Below, in pieces: positions 22,675 through 33,124 of a DNA stretch of 64,000 bases. Source of the stretch: Alphaproteobacteria bacterium (GTDB lineage: Bacteria > Pseudomonadota > Alphaproteobacteria > MPNO01 > UBA830); the NCBI GenBank assembly GCA_964291215.2, contig OZ219790.1:2080001-2144000 (forward strand), read 5' to 3'. A model generated the notes under the pieces. That model saw only the letters and a list, made by a program, of their open reading frames with translations. It searched no databases and was not told the DNA's origin. Positions within the stretch are counted from its first letter, which is position 1. Each line of letters begins with the position of its first letter. The translations under genes were made by a program, and so were the position numbers.

Positions 22675-24294
22675 TCAGCTTGACGGGGGCTTGAAGCTCC
22701 AGGGCAGGAGTTCGTCGATGCGGCTGTTTGGATGGCCGGCGGCGATTCTCTCCAGCGTGATCTTGAGCCAGGCGTAGGGCTCGACGCCGTTCATCTTCGC
22801 CGTCTCGATGAGCGAGCCGATGCGGCCCCAGGAGCGCGCGCCCTCGTCGTGGCCGGCGAACAACGCATTTTTCGCGGTGAGCTTGATCGGCCGGATCCGA
22901 TTTTCGACGAAGTTGCTGTCCATCTCGACGCGCCCGTCGTGCAGGAAGACCAGCAACCCGTCCCACTGGTTGGCGATGTAGGTCAACTTCTCGCCGAGGC
23001 GGGACTTGGGCGAGACGCGCGAGCGCTGCTCGTCGAGCCACACGCCGAAGGCGTTCACCAGCGGCGCGGACTCGGTCCAGCGGACGAACTGGCGCGTCGC
23101 CGGCTCCTCACCCCGGATCCTGTCCTCGATCCTGTAGAGCTGCGCGATGCGCTCCAGTCCGGCCTTCGCGATCGGCGAGCGGCTGCTGTCGAACACCGTC
23201 TCAAGGCCGCGCCTGGCGTGTGCCCAACAGGCACAGAGCGTCAGCGCCCCGCCCGGGCGATCCGCCCGGCCGAGCCGGTTGTGGCCGGCATAGCCGTCGA
23301 CCTGCACCGATCCCTGGAAGCCCTCGAGGAGCTTCTCGCCATGCTTGCCGCTGCGCCCGGGCGCATACTCATAGACCACCCCCGGCGGGTCCGCCCCGGA
23401 CCAGGCCCGCTGGTCGCGCACCATGGTCCACAGATAGCCGGTTTTGGTCTTGCCCCGGCCCGGGTCGAGAACCCGAACCGTGGTTTCGTCCAGACCCAGG
23501 GTGCTCGACGTCTTCAGCGCCGTCTTCAGGCGCTCATACACGGGCCCGAGGTGGAACGACGCCTTGCCGACCCAGCCGGCCAGCGTCGAGCGGTCCAGTT
23601 GCAGCCCCGAGCGGGCATAGATCTGAGCCTGGCGGTACAGCGGAAGGTGGTCGGCATATTTGGAGATCAGGACATGGGCGATGGCGCCTTCGGTCGGCAG
23701 CCCGCCCTCGATCAGCCGCGCCGGCGCCGGCGCCTGGGTGACGCCTTCCTCGCACTTGCGGCAGGCGTATTTCGGGCGCACCGTGACGATCACCCGCAAC
23801 TGCGCCGGCACGATGTCGAGCCTCTCGGCGCGGTCCTCGCCGATCTTCACCATCTCCCCGCAGCCGCAGGGGCACAGCGTGCTCTCCGGCTCGATCACCT
23901 GCTCGATCCGTTCCAGGTGCTCCGGCAAATGGCCGAGATTGCGCTCCAAGCGGGGCTTCCTCGGTGCGCGCGGCGGCGACGGATTGTCGGCCGCGGCCTG
24001 TGCTTCCCCCTCCGCAGACGCGCCCTCCAGCTCCTCGAACGCCAGCTGGCGCTCGTCCGCCGACAGCTTCTCCGACCTCTTGCCATACACAAGGCGGACC
24101 AGTTCAAGGTTCAGATGCTCCAGACGGCGGATGCGCGCCGACAGCGCCTCATTCTCACCCGCGAGGCAGACCTTCTCTTCCGTCAGCGTCCTGTTCTCGG
24201 TGCGAAGCGTCTCCAGCGCCGCAAGCGCCTGCCTCGCAGCCGCCGCCTGTTCCGGCGTCAGCGTGTCGAGGTCCATCTCCGCAAGCGCTGCCAT
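22675..24294 (-). CDS. tnpC: IS66 transposase TnpC
   Basis: YGKRSEK, CPCGCG, KYADHLPLYRQ, LDET, VDGY, CWAHARR, DSNFVE, ELLPW. Confidence 0.93.
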   Translation of the reverse strand: MAALAEMDLDTLTPEQAAAARQALAALETLRTENRTLTEEKVCLAGENEALSARIRRLEHLNLELVRLVYGKRSEKLSADERQLAFEELEGASAEGEAQAAADNPSPPRAPRKPRLERNLGHLPEHLERIEQVIEPESTLCPCGCGEMVKIGEDRAERLDIVPAQLRVIVTVRPKYACRKCEEGVTQAPAPARLIEGGLPTEGAIAHVLISKYADHLPLYRQAQIYARSGLQLDRSTLAGWVGKASFHLGPVYERLKTALKTSSTLGLDETTVRVLDPGRGKTKTGYLWTMVRDQRAWSGADPPGVVYEYAPGRSGKHGEKLLEGFQGSVQVDGYAGHNRLGRADRPGGALTLCACWAHARRGLETVFDSSRSPIAKAGLERIAQLYRIEDRIRGEEPATRQFVRWTESAPLVNAFGVWLDEQRSRVSPKSRLGEKLTYIANQWDGLLVFLHDGRVEMDSNFVENRIRPIKLTAKNALFAGHDEGARSWGRIGSLIETAKMNGVEPYAWLKITLERIAAGHPNSRIDELLPWSFKPPSS

Positions 24295-24345
24295 GGCCCG
24301 CTCGATAGCACTGTGTCGGGGAGCCGGGGGCCCCGATCCGCTGAG

Positions 24346-24699
24346 TCATTCCGCCTCAGCCGGGGCCCGGACGGACAGCGCCCGAACACGACGCCAGTCC
24401 AGCCCGCAGAACAGCGCCTCGAACTGTGCATGGTTCAGCGTCATGACGCCGTCGCGGATCGCAGGCCACACGAAGCCCTGATCCTCCAGACGCTTGTAGA
24501 CCATCACCAACCCGGTCCCGTCATGGAAGACGAGCTTCAGCCTGTCGCTTCGTTTCGCCCTGAAGAGGAAGACCGTTCCCGTGAACGGGTCCTTGCGCAA
24601 CACGCTCTTCACATGCGCAACAAGGCCGTCGTGCTGCTTCCTGAAGTCCACGGGCTTCGTCGCAACGACGATCCGCACACGGTTCGATGGGAAGATCAT
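24346..24699 (-). CDS. tnpB: IS66 TnpB
   Basis: PVDFRK..DGL, DPF.G..F.FR.KR.DRLK, YKRLE. Confidence 0.92.
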   Translation of the reverse strand: MIFPSNRVRIVVATKPVDFRKQHDGLVAHVKSVLRKDPFTGTVFLFRAKRSDRLKLVFHDGTGLVMVYKRLEDQGFVWPAIRDGVMTLNHAQFEALFCGLDWRRVRALSVRAPAEAE

Positions 24700-25094
24700 G
24701 ACGCCGCGTTCAGCGCAGAAACGATCTCCGCCAACCGTCCCGCCGGCACGGCCGCGTCCAGACGGACCGTAACCCTGTCCATAACGACTTCCAGACGCGC
24801 GCCGCTCGCCTCACCGACACCGCTACCCTCCGCCCGGACAACCAGCGGCGCAAACGCCACTTCCACCGCAGGCAAAACAAGCCGACCTTCCCGCGCCAGG
24901 CGACGCCAGCCCGTCAACTGGTTCGCATGGACGCCATGTCTGCGCGCAACCTCGCGAACCGTCGCACCCGGCTCCAGCGTCTCCGCCACAATCCGCGCCT
25001 TCAAATCATCCGGCCAGCGACGACGACCGCCTCCAACCGGAAGCACTTCTACGCTCCTGAGTGTCTCAACTGAGCCCAACATTGTGAAACTCAC
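24696..25094 (-). CDS. tnpA: IS66 TnpA
   Basis: RRRWPDD.KARIVAETL.PGATV..VARRHG..ANQL..WR. Confidence 0.9.
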   Translation of the reverse strand: MSFTMLGSVETLRSVEVLPVGGGRRRWPDDLKARIVAETLEPGATVREVARRHGVHANQLTGWRRLAREGRLVLPAVEVAFAPLVVRAEGSGVGEASGARLEVVMDRVTVRLDAAVPAGRLAEIVSALNAAS

Positions 25095-25441
25095 CTCCTG
25101 CTCAAATCACAGAAGGGGAATCCCAAATCACGCCTTCAACTGGAAGGGGGCTCAGCCGCCCCGCTTACGACACGGTTCTCTTGCCCGGCGCCAGCAACGC
25201 TCCCATGACCAGAACCACCACCAGCCGCCAGGTCGGGGATGAGAAGGCGCCTCGAAAGGGCTCCAGCCAGTCGATCAGGAACGGCGGAACCGGATCGCCA
25301 ATGGCGCTCGAAGGGTCGTCGAAATGTGTCATGACGACCTTCGAATCCAGAAGCACCCGGCATGCAAGGGCGCCCGCATGCGACCGGGTGAATCAGCATC
25401 GCTGCAGCGACAGAAGCCATCCAATCCGATATCACTGCTTC

Positions 25442-25729
25442 ATGGCCGCATCCGACCCCTGTCTGGCGCGCATCGAAGCGTTCAACAAATCCAGGGGCGG
25501 AGGCGTGACGGTCACTAGGGTGCGCGGCGGCTACAATCTGTATCTCACGGCCACGCAGGCACCGATCGCAAGGCTCCAGCCGAAAGGCTCAGGTAACAAG
25601 ATGAGGATGCGCTACTGGTCCTGGCGCCAGTCCTGGCAGGATGTCGGAGACATGGGGGGCCTCGTGCTCCCGCTCGAACAGGCCCTCGACGAAATCGCCA
25701 AAAACGAGATCTTCTGGACATGGACGTGA
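25442..25729 (+). CDS. Small hypothetical protein (95 aa), divergent from the IS701-like transposase
   Basis: Globular-looking ORF (PIARL...RYWSWR..W..VGD.G..VLPLE.ALD.I...IFW); possibly DUF3024-like. Confidence 0.55.
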   Translation: MAASDPCLARIEAFNKSRGGGVTVTRVRGGYNLYLTATQAPIARLQPKGSGNKMRMRYWSWRQSWQDVGDMGGLVLPLEQALDEIAKNEIFWTWT

Positions 25730-26176
25730 GGTAATTTTGTACAAAGTCGAGCTTAGAGATTTTATTTTCAAGTAGACAGTAGGCTTCGGCGGACGATCCG
25801 CTTCCATCTGGCCGTGCAGGTGCGTGAACGCGAGGGGGGCGAAGCCCAGCCGAGCGCGGGCGTCATCGACAGCCAGACATGGCGGCAGAGTCAATATATC
25901 TCTCTGAGCAGACTGAAAACCACGGAGGCAAGCGGGATTAGCAGTTATGCGGTAGTGGAGAATGGTCCGGATCCGGCGATCCACGGCGTGGTGCGGTGGC
26001 GGCGCTGCGACCTGGCGGCATGGCTCAGCGAGCAGTTCGGCGTGTCGCTGGGGGTGACGACGGTCGGACAGGAGTTGCGTCGCATGGGCTACGCCAAGCT
26101 CTCTGCGCGCCCGCGCCACCATGCCCGGGACGAAGCTGCGTTGGCGGCGTTCAAAAAAAGTTCCCCGACCGCCTGA

Positions 26177-27108
26177 GTGTCCGGCCCGGAATGAATTGAG
26201 TGATTTCAGTGTGTTGTGCTTCACTGGCAGTGTCCAGGCAATCAGCGAGGCACAAGATGTGGACTGAAATCACTCGACCGAAATATGACCGCACGGGGCT
26301 TCGTTACGCAAGCGATCTGAGCGATGGCGAATGGCGCGTGATCGAGCCCCATATGCCGGCGCCGAAGGCTCTGGGCCGGCCACGGACGACGGACCTGCGG
26401 GAGGTGGTAAACGCCATCCTGTATGTGCTGCGTTCGGGCTGCCCCTGGCGCTTGCTGCCGAACGACTTTCCGCCCCGTTCGACGGTGCAACGCTATTTCG
26501 CCGCGTGGCGGGACGAGGCGCTGTGGGCGCGCATCAATCACCGTCTCCTGATGGCGGCCCGCGAGGCCGAGGGGCGCGAGGCCAGCCCGTCGGCCGGCGT
26601 CATCGACAGCCAGTCGGTCAAGACCACGGAAAGCGGCGGTCCACGGGGCTTTGACGCGGGCAAGAAGATCAAGGGCCGCAAACGCCACATCCTCACCGAC
26701 ACCGGCGGCCTGCTGGTTGCCGCTCAGGTCCACGCCGCCAACATCCAGGACCGCGACGGCGCCCCCTCGGTGCTTGCCTCCATCCGCCACGCCTTCCCTT
26801 GGCTGCGTCACGTCTTCGCCGACGGCGCCTGTGCCGGCCCCAAGCTCGCGGCGGCTCTGGAACGGATCGGGCGGTGGACCCTGGAGATTGTCCAGCGCCC
26901 GGCCGGTGCGCGCGGGTTCGATGTCCTGCCGCGCCGCTGGGTGGTCGAGCACACATTGGCCTGGTTGAACCGCAATCGACGGCTCGCAAAGGACTTCGAG
27001 GCCAGCGTCACCACCGCCCAAGCCTGGCTCTTCATCGCCAGCGTTCAACTCATCACCAGAAGACTGGCAAGATATTGAAAATAAACACCTTAATTATGGG
27101 CCGGACTC
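26177..27108 (+). mobile_element. IS5-family (IS1031 group) element
   Basis: TIRs GTGTCCGGCCC and GAGTCCGGCCC; TGA duplicated at 26174-26176 and 27109-27111. Confidence 0.88.
26257..27078 (+). CDS. IS5-family transposase
   Basis: YASDLSD.EW, GCPWR.LP.DFPP, IDSQSVK, GKKIKGRKRH..TD, RWVVE. Confidence 0.92.
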   Translation: MWTEITRPKYDRTGLRYASDLSDGEWRVIEPHMPAPKALGRPRTTDLREVVNAILYVLRSGCPWRLLPNDFPPRSTVQRYFAAWRDEALWARINHRLLMAAREAEGREASPSAGVIDSQSVKTTESGGPRGFDAGKKIKGRKRHILTDTGGLLVAAQVHAANIQDRDGAPSVLASIRHAFPWLRHVFADGACAGPKLAAALERIGRWTLEIVQRPAGARGFDVLPRRWVVEHTLAWLNRNRRLAKDFEASVTTAQAWLFIASVQLITRRLARY

Positions 27109-27929
27109 TGAGGGAAATCCGCGCTGCACTTGGTGACGGCGTCGAGGTCGAAGTCTGGTGGCAGGACGAGGCGCGCGTCGGACAGAAGAACAAGATCACC
27201 CGGCGATGGGCGAAACGCGGCACCCGACCGTCAGCGCCCAAGGACCAGAGAACGATATCGGCCTACATCTTCGGCGCCATATGCCCGCATAAGGGCAAGG
27301 CCGCCGGCCTCGTCATGCCCCACGCCAACACGGAGGCACTCAACGCCCACCTCGCCGAGGTCGCCCTCACCGTCGAACCCGGAGCCCATGCCCTCGTCAT
27401 GCTCGACCGGGCCGGATGGCACATCTCCTCGACCCTCCAAGTGCCCGACAACATAACCCTCATGCCGCTCCCGCCCCGGTCCCCCGAGCTCAATCCTGTC
27501 GAGAATGTCTGGCAGTTCATGCGCGACAACTGGCTCTCGAACCGCGTCTTCCAGAACTACGACGACATACTCGATCACTGCTGCCAGGCCTGGAACAATC
27601 TCGTCTCACAACCAGAACGCATCGCCTCCATCGGAACTCGAAAATGGGCCCATGGGTTCTGAACCAGCGCCGTTGGTATGAGTTCCCTCGTGCACTGCGC
27701 GCAAGAAGGCACCCGGCAAGCATGGCCTTTTTTCACGGTCTGGCGGAACGCTTGCCGTCATGCCCTTCGGGCGATGGACCGTTTGTCGGCATGCGCGAGC
27801 CGGCAACGCCTCATTTCGGATCGATCCGGTCTCGGGCCGCTATCTGGAAACAGGCTTGATTTGCCGGAGGCCAGAAAAAACCAGTAAAATCAGCGATATA
27901 TAGAAGATTCAAAATATCCCGTTACATTG

Positions 27930-28826
27930 GGGGCAAGCACGAAACGGGCGGGGTGAACGCGAAGACCGGCGCGGTGTGGAAGAAGGTGAAGTCGTGGTTC
28001 GGCTACGGGCTGCACCTGATCGCCGACACGGACTACGAGGTTCCTGTAGCCTTCGAGGTGACGCGGGCGTCGGCGTCCGAGCCCGGGGCGCTGTCCGGGA
28101 TGGTGGAGGAGTTGTTCGCCGGGGCGCCGGAGGTGGCCGGTCGCTGCGCCACCTTCAGCGCCGACCGCTGTCTCGACAACGCCCGCCTGAAGGCGCTGCT
28201 GTGGGACAGGTGGCATATCCGCCCGCTGATCGACACGCGCCTGATGTGGCGGGTCGAGAAGAAGGAGCCGGGCCATGACCCGGCCGATCACGCGACCGCT
28301 GTTCCCCGGGCGCGCCGACGTCATCGTTCATGACGAACGCGGCCGGGTGTCCTGCGTGTGCCCGCAGACCGGCGAGGTCCGCACCATGGCCTTCCAGGGG
28401 TTCGAGGCCGGGCGCGGCGTCTGCGGCACGCTCGAATACCGCTGCCCCGCAGCCGCCTTCGGCTTCGAGTGCAAGGGACGCCGGGCCTGCCATCGGGCGG
28501 GTGGGGTGAAGTCCGGCGAATACGGCCGCATCCTGCGCGCCGACCTCGACAGCCATGACCGGCGCATCTTCACGCCCACGCCCTGGGGCAGCCCGTCATG
28601 GCGGCGCGGATACAACCGGCGCACCGCCATGGAGCAGATCAACGCCCGCCTCGACCGCAGGTTCAACTTCGAGACCCATTACATCCGCGGCCGCGCCAGG
28701 ATGAAGACACGCCTCGGCCTAGCGCTCGCGGTCATGATGGCCATGGCGCTTGCCCAGGCTCGCGCCGGACGCGCCGCACGCATGCGCTTCCTGGTCGGCA
28801 CCGTGCCCTGGCTCGACACCGGCTGA
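27930..28826 (+). pseudogene. C-terminal half of the transposase begun at 3272
   Basis: GKHETGG..KKVKSWFGYGLHL, DRRIFTP, Y.RR.A.E..NARLD..F.FE.HYIRG; one frameshift near 28280. Confidence 0.8.
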
Positions 28827-29395
28827 GCCCTCAACAGACTCCCGACAGCCCCGATCGAACCCGCCGGAACACCGGCAGACGGACAAACGCGACCGAGGCA
28901 CGGCGATGCTGCCGTGCCGAGCCGCTCAAGCTCCAAAACATCCATTGCCGGGCGGGTCGGCCACCCCGTATCATGAAAACAGGTGCCGGCCGCGCGGGCG
29001 GGACTTCGGGCTTGTACGGGGTTGCCTACCGGTCACGATCCGCAAGACGGGCGCCGCAGATGGCGAGTATCGGACGCCTCGGAAGCAGTACTTTGGCGGG
29101 GAGTGGTTTTTTGTGCGCCCGATCCCCAACCATTTTCACGGCAAATCAACCGGTGCGACCGCCCCGAACGCCGGAACAAACGACATCCCCACCCGGACCG
29201 ACGGTCCCTCGCGACCAAAAAAACACCACAGCGCAAATTTCTGTCCGTTGACCGTCAACGGAGTTGTGCTCATGCTCGCTCAAGCAAGGACTTTCCGGGG
29301 TGCAGTTCATGGTCGTCATGCGAGACCGTTTCGTGGACGACACAGGGGCCCGAGACAGGTATTCGTCGCGCCACCCGCAACTTCTTGCTGTTCGC

Positions 29396-29549
29396 CCTGA
29401 TCCAGGTCGACGTGCCGAGCCTGATCAACCCGCCGTCTGGCTGCCATTTCCACACGCGCTGCCCCTATGCGAAGGAGCGTTGCCGGATCGAATCGCCGGT
29501 GCTGCGCGAAATCGCCCCCGGCCACACAGTTGCCTGCCACCTGCGCTGA
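29396..29549 (+). pseudogene. C-terminal remnant of an oligopeptide/dipeptide ABC ATPase (oligo_HPY domain)
   Basis: [24 protein letters not shown]....P.L..IAPGH.VACH. Confidence 0.8.
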
Positions 29550-29558
29550 GCGGCGGAG

Positions 29559-30162
29559 CTACGTTTTCGGAGACCGGAGCAGGCTGCCGACATCGCGCCA
29601 CAATTTGGCGAACGAGGGGGGAATTACGCCGCGCTTCGGCCATATCGAAAGTCGCGGTGAGTGCAGCTTGGTCGAGTGTTTCCCGGTAACGCCGGCCGAG
29701 TGGCATCCTTGCGCTGAGCCAGCCCTTGGCGTCCTGGATGGCTTCGGGATCGTCCGGCGATGCAAGCGCTTCGTCGAGGCCGCGCCGTCCGGCGAGCGAG
29801 CCGGCGGCCGCCAGGAACCAAGCTTCGTATTCCGCTTTTGCCAGAACGGCGCGGATGTCCCGTCCCGGACTGGCCGCAACGGCGCGGGCGAGAAGTTGCG
29901 GGGCGAGTTCTGCCGGGCAATCGCGGTCGGCGTCGAGCAGTATCAGCACACATCCGTCCGTCCCCGCCAGATGCGAGGCAAATGCTACGGCGCGTTCCAA
30001 TTCGTCTTGTTTCACGAGCCTGTTGCGCGGCACACGGATTGGCCGGGGCGTCTCGACAACGATGTCCGGCGATATCTCTCCGGCGATGCGGCGGAGCAAT
30101 TCCGGTAGCGCCATTACCTCGCCATGCCCCTCCACAATCGCCAGGATGGTCCTGCGCATCAT
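29559..30162 (-). CDS. DUF4276-family (TOPRIM-like) protein; probable 1-bp homopolymer frameshift near 29618
   Basis: IVEGHGE, LLDAD.DCP, EYEAWFLA, PE...AK..L, Y.ET.DQ; the plausible C-terminus SPSFAKLWRDV is one frame over, across the G6 run at 29616-29621. Confidence 0.75.
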
Positions 30163-31370
30163 TCTGTGATCGGGCCGAACAGGTCCAATTGACGGGCGTT
30201 TGGTTTGGAAAGCGACGGGTCCGGGTCAAGCTGGTTCATCCTGAGCAATTCGCCGGCTGTGTAGAGGCGATCCCTTAGCGCCAACCGTCCGGACTCATTC
30301 AACGGACCCATGCGGCTTTCGCCGCTTTCCGCCGTGACGGCGATGATCTGGTCCGGCGAAATATCCGGGTTGTCGAGCAGTTCCGGGCTGTGGCTGGTAA
30401 CAAGAATCTGCGTGTGCTCGGCCGCGTCCCGAAGGCTGTCCACCAGTACGCCGGCGGCCGCGGGATGCAGCGCAATTTCGGGCTCTTCGATGCCGACGAG
30501 CCAGCGCCTCCGGTCGTCCTGGGCATAGCTCTGGAACAACGCCACCAGAACCCCGAGCGCGCGCAGCGTACCGTCCGACATGTTCCCGGCGAGGAACTGC
30601 CACGGGTGTCGCGCGCCTCGAACCCTCTGGCGGAACGTCAGGGTTTCCCTTGGCCCTATGGTCCGCCGCTCGACGCCAGTAATCCCGGGAACCACCTGGC
30701 CGAGATAATCCTCGATTCTTCGCTTGAAGTCCGGCGCGTTCTCCGAAAGGTTGTGCAATACGCTGGCTATGTTGTAGCCGTCCCGTTCCAGGAGCCTTCC
30801 CGGATCGGGCGGCTGGAGGTTCCGGATCGCCTCTGGATTCAGATTGTAGAAGCCGGTTGTCGCCAAGGCCTCGTAAACGGCGCGGAACGGCTCCAGACCC
30901 GAGACCGTGACAAGATACAGTCGATCGGCGGCGGCGACGGGAGGATGCGTGATCGTACTTTCGACAACAGCGCCCCGCTCTGTTTTGTAACGATGCTCGC
31001 CAAGGCCGTTTCGCGGCGCGACGAGGCATTCTTCCTTCTGGACTTCATAGCCTCCCCGTTTCATGGCTCCGACCGTGAAGGCGTGGTAGCCGACCCATTC
31101 CTCAAGCGTGAATTCGAGCCGAATGCCGAAATGGGTGGGGTGGCCGCCGGAGCGCCGGCGGACCTCGCCGATGCCGCCTCGGTCGCGTAGCGCATGGTCC
31201 ATGGAGTAACCGAGCGATTCGGCGGTGAATCTGAGCGCATCGAGAAAATTACTTTTACCGGAGCCGTTCGGGCCGACGAGAAAGGAAAGCTGCGCCGGCC
31301 TCACATCGCATGCGCCGATGCTCTTGTAGTTTCGCAATACAATGCGTGTCAGCAGGCGGCGGTCGGGCAT
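30159..31370 (-). CDS. ABC/AAA_21-type ATPase
   Basis: NYKSI, Walker A GPNGSGKS, signature MSDGT, Walker B IEEPE..LHP, H-loop TSHS. Confidence 0.9.
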   Translation of the reverse strand: MPDRRLLTRIVLRNYKSIGACDVRPAQLSFLVGPNGSGKSNFLDALRFTAESLGYSMDHALRDRGGIGEVRRRSGGHPTHFGIRLEFTLEEWVGYHAFTVGAMKRGGYEVQKEECLVAPRNGLGEHRYKTERGAVVESTITHPPVAAADRLYLVTVSGLEPFRAVYEALATTGFYNLNPEAIRNLQPPDPGRLLERDGYNIASVLHNLSENAPDFKRRIEDYLGQVVPGITGVERRTIGPRETLTFRQRVRGARHPWQFLAGNMSDGTLRALGVLVALFQSYAQDDRRRWLVGIEEPEIALHPAAAGVLVDSLRDAAEHTQILVTSHSPELLDNPDISPDQIIAVTAESGESRMGPLNESGRLALRDRLYTAGELLRMNQLDPDPSLSKPNARQLDLFGPITE

Positions 31371-32119
31371 TGCGGGTCTCCCGCTGTCGAGTCGGCGCGA
31401 CCCTAGCGTCAATGTAGCAGATCGGCGCCCGGCCCGTCAGCGCCTTGACAGTGCCGCCGCCCAGCACGCAGTCTGCCGGGCAGAGCGCGGGGAGGGCGCT
31501 CGTCACGATGCGCGGCCAGCGAGAGCCAGATATATAGCATGTGCAGCGCGCGGTCTTCGGTCAGGCGCTTCATCTGCCGCATATAGGAGCGAAGCGGGCA
31601 GCCCGCATCGCCACGGCAAAAGGTGCCCCGCAGCAGCCCGTAGCACAGAAGCTGCCAGATCCACTGGCAATCGAGCATGTCGCTTTTGCGGCCGGCAATA
31701 TGCTTCGTCATCCGCGGCGGCACCAGAAGCACCTCGAAGCCGCCGCGCTCCAGCACCTCGTAGACCGGGATCGAGTAGACCGAGCATCCATGTTTCTTGG
31801 CAAGGTTTTTGCGGGTGTCTGTGGTGATGTTTTCTGTGGTTGTCCACAAGCGGTGTGGGGTTTGCTCTGCGAGCGAGGCGACATGAAGCTTGTGGTCCCG
31901 GCGGCGGGTTGCCGTCCATTGGTCACGTGAACGCGGCTACCTTGCCGTCCCCGGGCATGGTAACGTGACCGTCCGGGTTCCAGGTGTCCCAAGGCGGTTC
32001 GATCTACTTGATGTCGACCTCGACGATGATCTGCAGACATTCTCCCCAAGTCGTGTCGTAGAGGGAGACTGTCGAGACAGTCCCGATCGCGCTCTCGGCA
32101 GGGCCGTGTCTCCTTCGCT

Positions 32120-32628
32120 CACTCACCGGTACTTCAGGCAACGCTGCTGTCGCAGCAAGGTGTTCGCCAGAGCTTGCGCATCACGGCGACAATCGCGACC
32201 TTGCTTGCCGGCAGTTTTGAGGCGCACCAGGTCCGCGTTGAAGCGTGCCGCCGAGGTTGCGGCCAGGAGATCACGTGGCCTCCGGCGCCCGCCTCGGATA
32301 TGCCGAGCACCGTGGTGCTGGCCGCTGTCGTTGGCCATCGGCGCCACCCCGATCAAGGCTGCCGCCTGCCGACGGTCGAGACTGCCGAGTTCGGGCATCC
32401 AGAAGGGCCGCGGCGGTCACCGGACCGGGGATCGAGGTCAGGATGGCGTACCTCTGCTCGGGATCACCGGCGATCACCGCTTTGATCGCCGCGCCGGCAA
32501 TGCGGTCATCGAGATCGGCCGCTGAGGCCGCGAAGCCACTTGCTCAGCGCCCGCCAGCTCGTGGCGTCGTTCACAAAACAATGCGCTAGATGTCCAGACT
32601 GGCTGACCCCTGCTACTATCTTGACCAT
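32120..32628 (-). pseudogene. IS110-family recombinase B, internally deleted
   Basis: Start MVKIVAGV at 32628; C-terminal ILTSIPG, GVAPMANDSG..G.RHIRGGR, AIVAVMRKL..ANTLLR. Confidence 0.7.
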
Positions 32629-32629
32629 C

Positions 32630-32830
32630 GTCCCTTGCTCCTCGCCTTACGATGGGTTCAAACCCAAGCATCCAGCGAGGGACGTCAAGGGAGGTTGGCC
32701 GACCACACTCGGTCGCGGCTCTGTCAAGGTCGAAACGGCAACCTTCGCGGAGATCGTTTGATCCCCGCACCCCGCTCCCCTGTGCGTGTTCGCTCAGGGG
32801 AGCGGAATCTCTCTGCAACCATAGACCGGA
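32630..32830 (-). ncRNA. Candidate bridge-RNA-encoding non-coding end of IS110 B
   Basis: About 200-bp non-coding leader upstream of an IS110 start, with stems such as GGGTT-CA-AACCC and CCGCTCCCCTG/CAGGGGAGCGG (32772-32805); identity inferred from position. Confidence 0.4.
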
Positions 32831-33124
32831 CGCTCTCCCACAGATCCACATTTTCCCGCCCCCAACTGCTGTGGATGATTTCATCATCAAGGGGACAAAA
32901 CCTAGTCATATAAGGTCGATTCCATCGCCACCGTTTTCACCCCGCACGACGAAAGCCACGCCGACATCGCCTGCAGATCGCGCGTGAAGCCGTCAAACGC
33001 TCGCACCGGCCGAAGAGCGTGCCGGATCGATGGCCACGAGGTGACGGTCCTTGCCGATGTCGATCCCGGCACAATCCGGGTTCACCACTTTCAGACGCTG
33101 CTTCCTCCTGCCCTTCCGTGCCAT

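Larger units (their letters stand above)
22646..25168 (-). mobile_element. IS66-family element, apparently intact
   Basis: GTAAGCGG termini; TSD GACACGGT at 22638-22645 and 25169-25176. Confidence 0.93.
19859..25332 (-). pseudogene. IS701-like transposase split by two IS66-family insertions
   Basis: FSSPTW...GKRTV|SACLR..YHQVLNRARW, GLDDTIERRWG..I.ARGIYRDPVRSS, VADSSF, RRWQVEVTFQE, WYQK...TFSDAIA segments at 25332-25169, 22645-21976 and 20422-19859. Confidence 0.8.
25945..27662 (+). pseudogene. IS630-family transposase interrupted by IS5
   Basis: GVVRWR..DL, SARPRH, A7 run near 26153, WQDEARVGQK, LDRAGWH, SPELNPVENVWQ. Confidence 0.85.
3830..27929. mobile_element. About 24.1-kb insertion (integrative or composite element) inside a transposase gene
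   Basis: GGGGCAAG direct repeat at 3822-3829 and 27930-27937; removing the insert restores ...DADWGK-HETGGVNAKTGAVWKKVKSWFGY... Confidence 0.65.
31500..33124 (-). pseudogene. IS110-family recombinase A, split by nested insertions (about 31785-32913) and 3' truncated
   Basis: MARKGRRKQRLKVVNPDCAGIDIGK...VAMEST (33124-32914) continues as VYSIPVYE...GRKSDMLDCQWI from about 31783 downward. Confidence 0.75.

Noticed and set aside
22732-25242. 836-aa plus-strand ORF
   Set aside because: Antisense shadow of IS66 tnpABC
29425-29558. C-terminal extension of the DUF4276 ORF
   Set aside because: Results from a probable homopolymer frameshift and overlaps the ABC ATPase remnant
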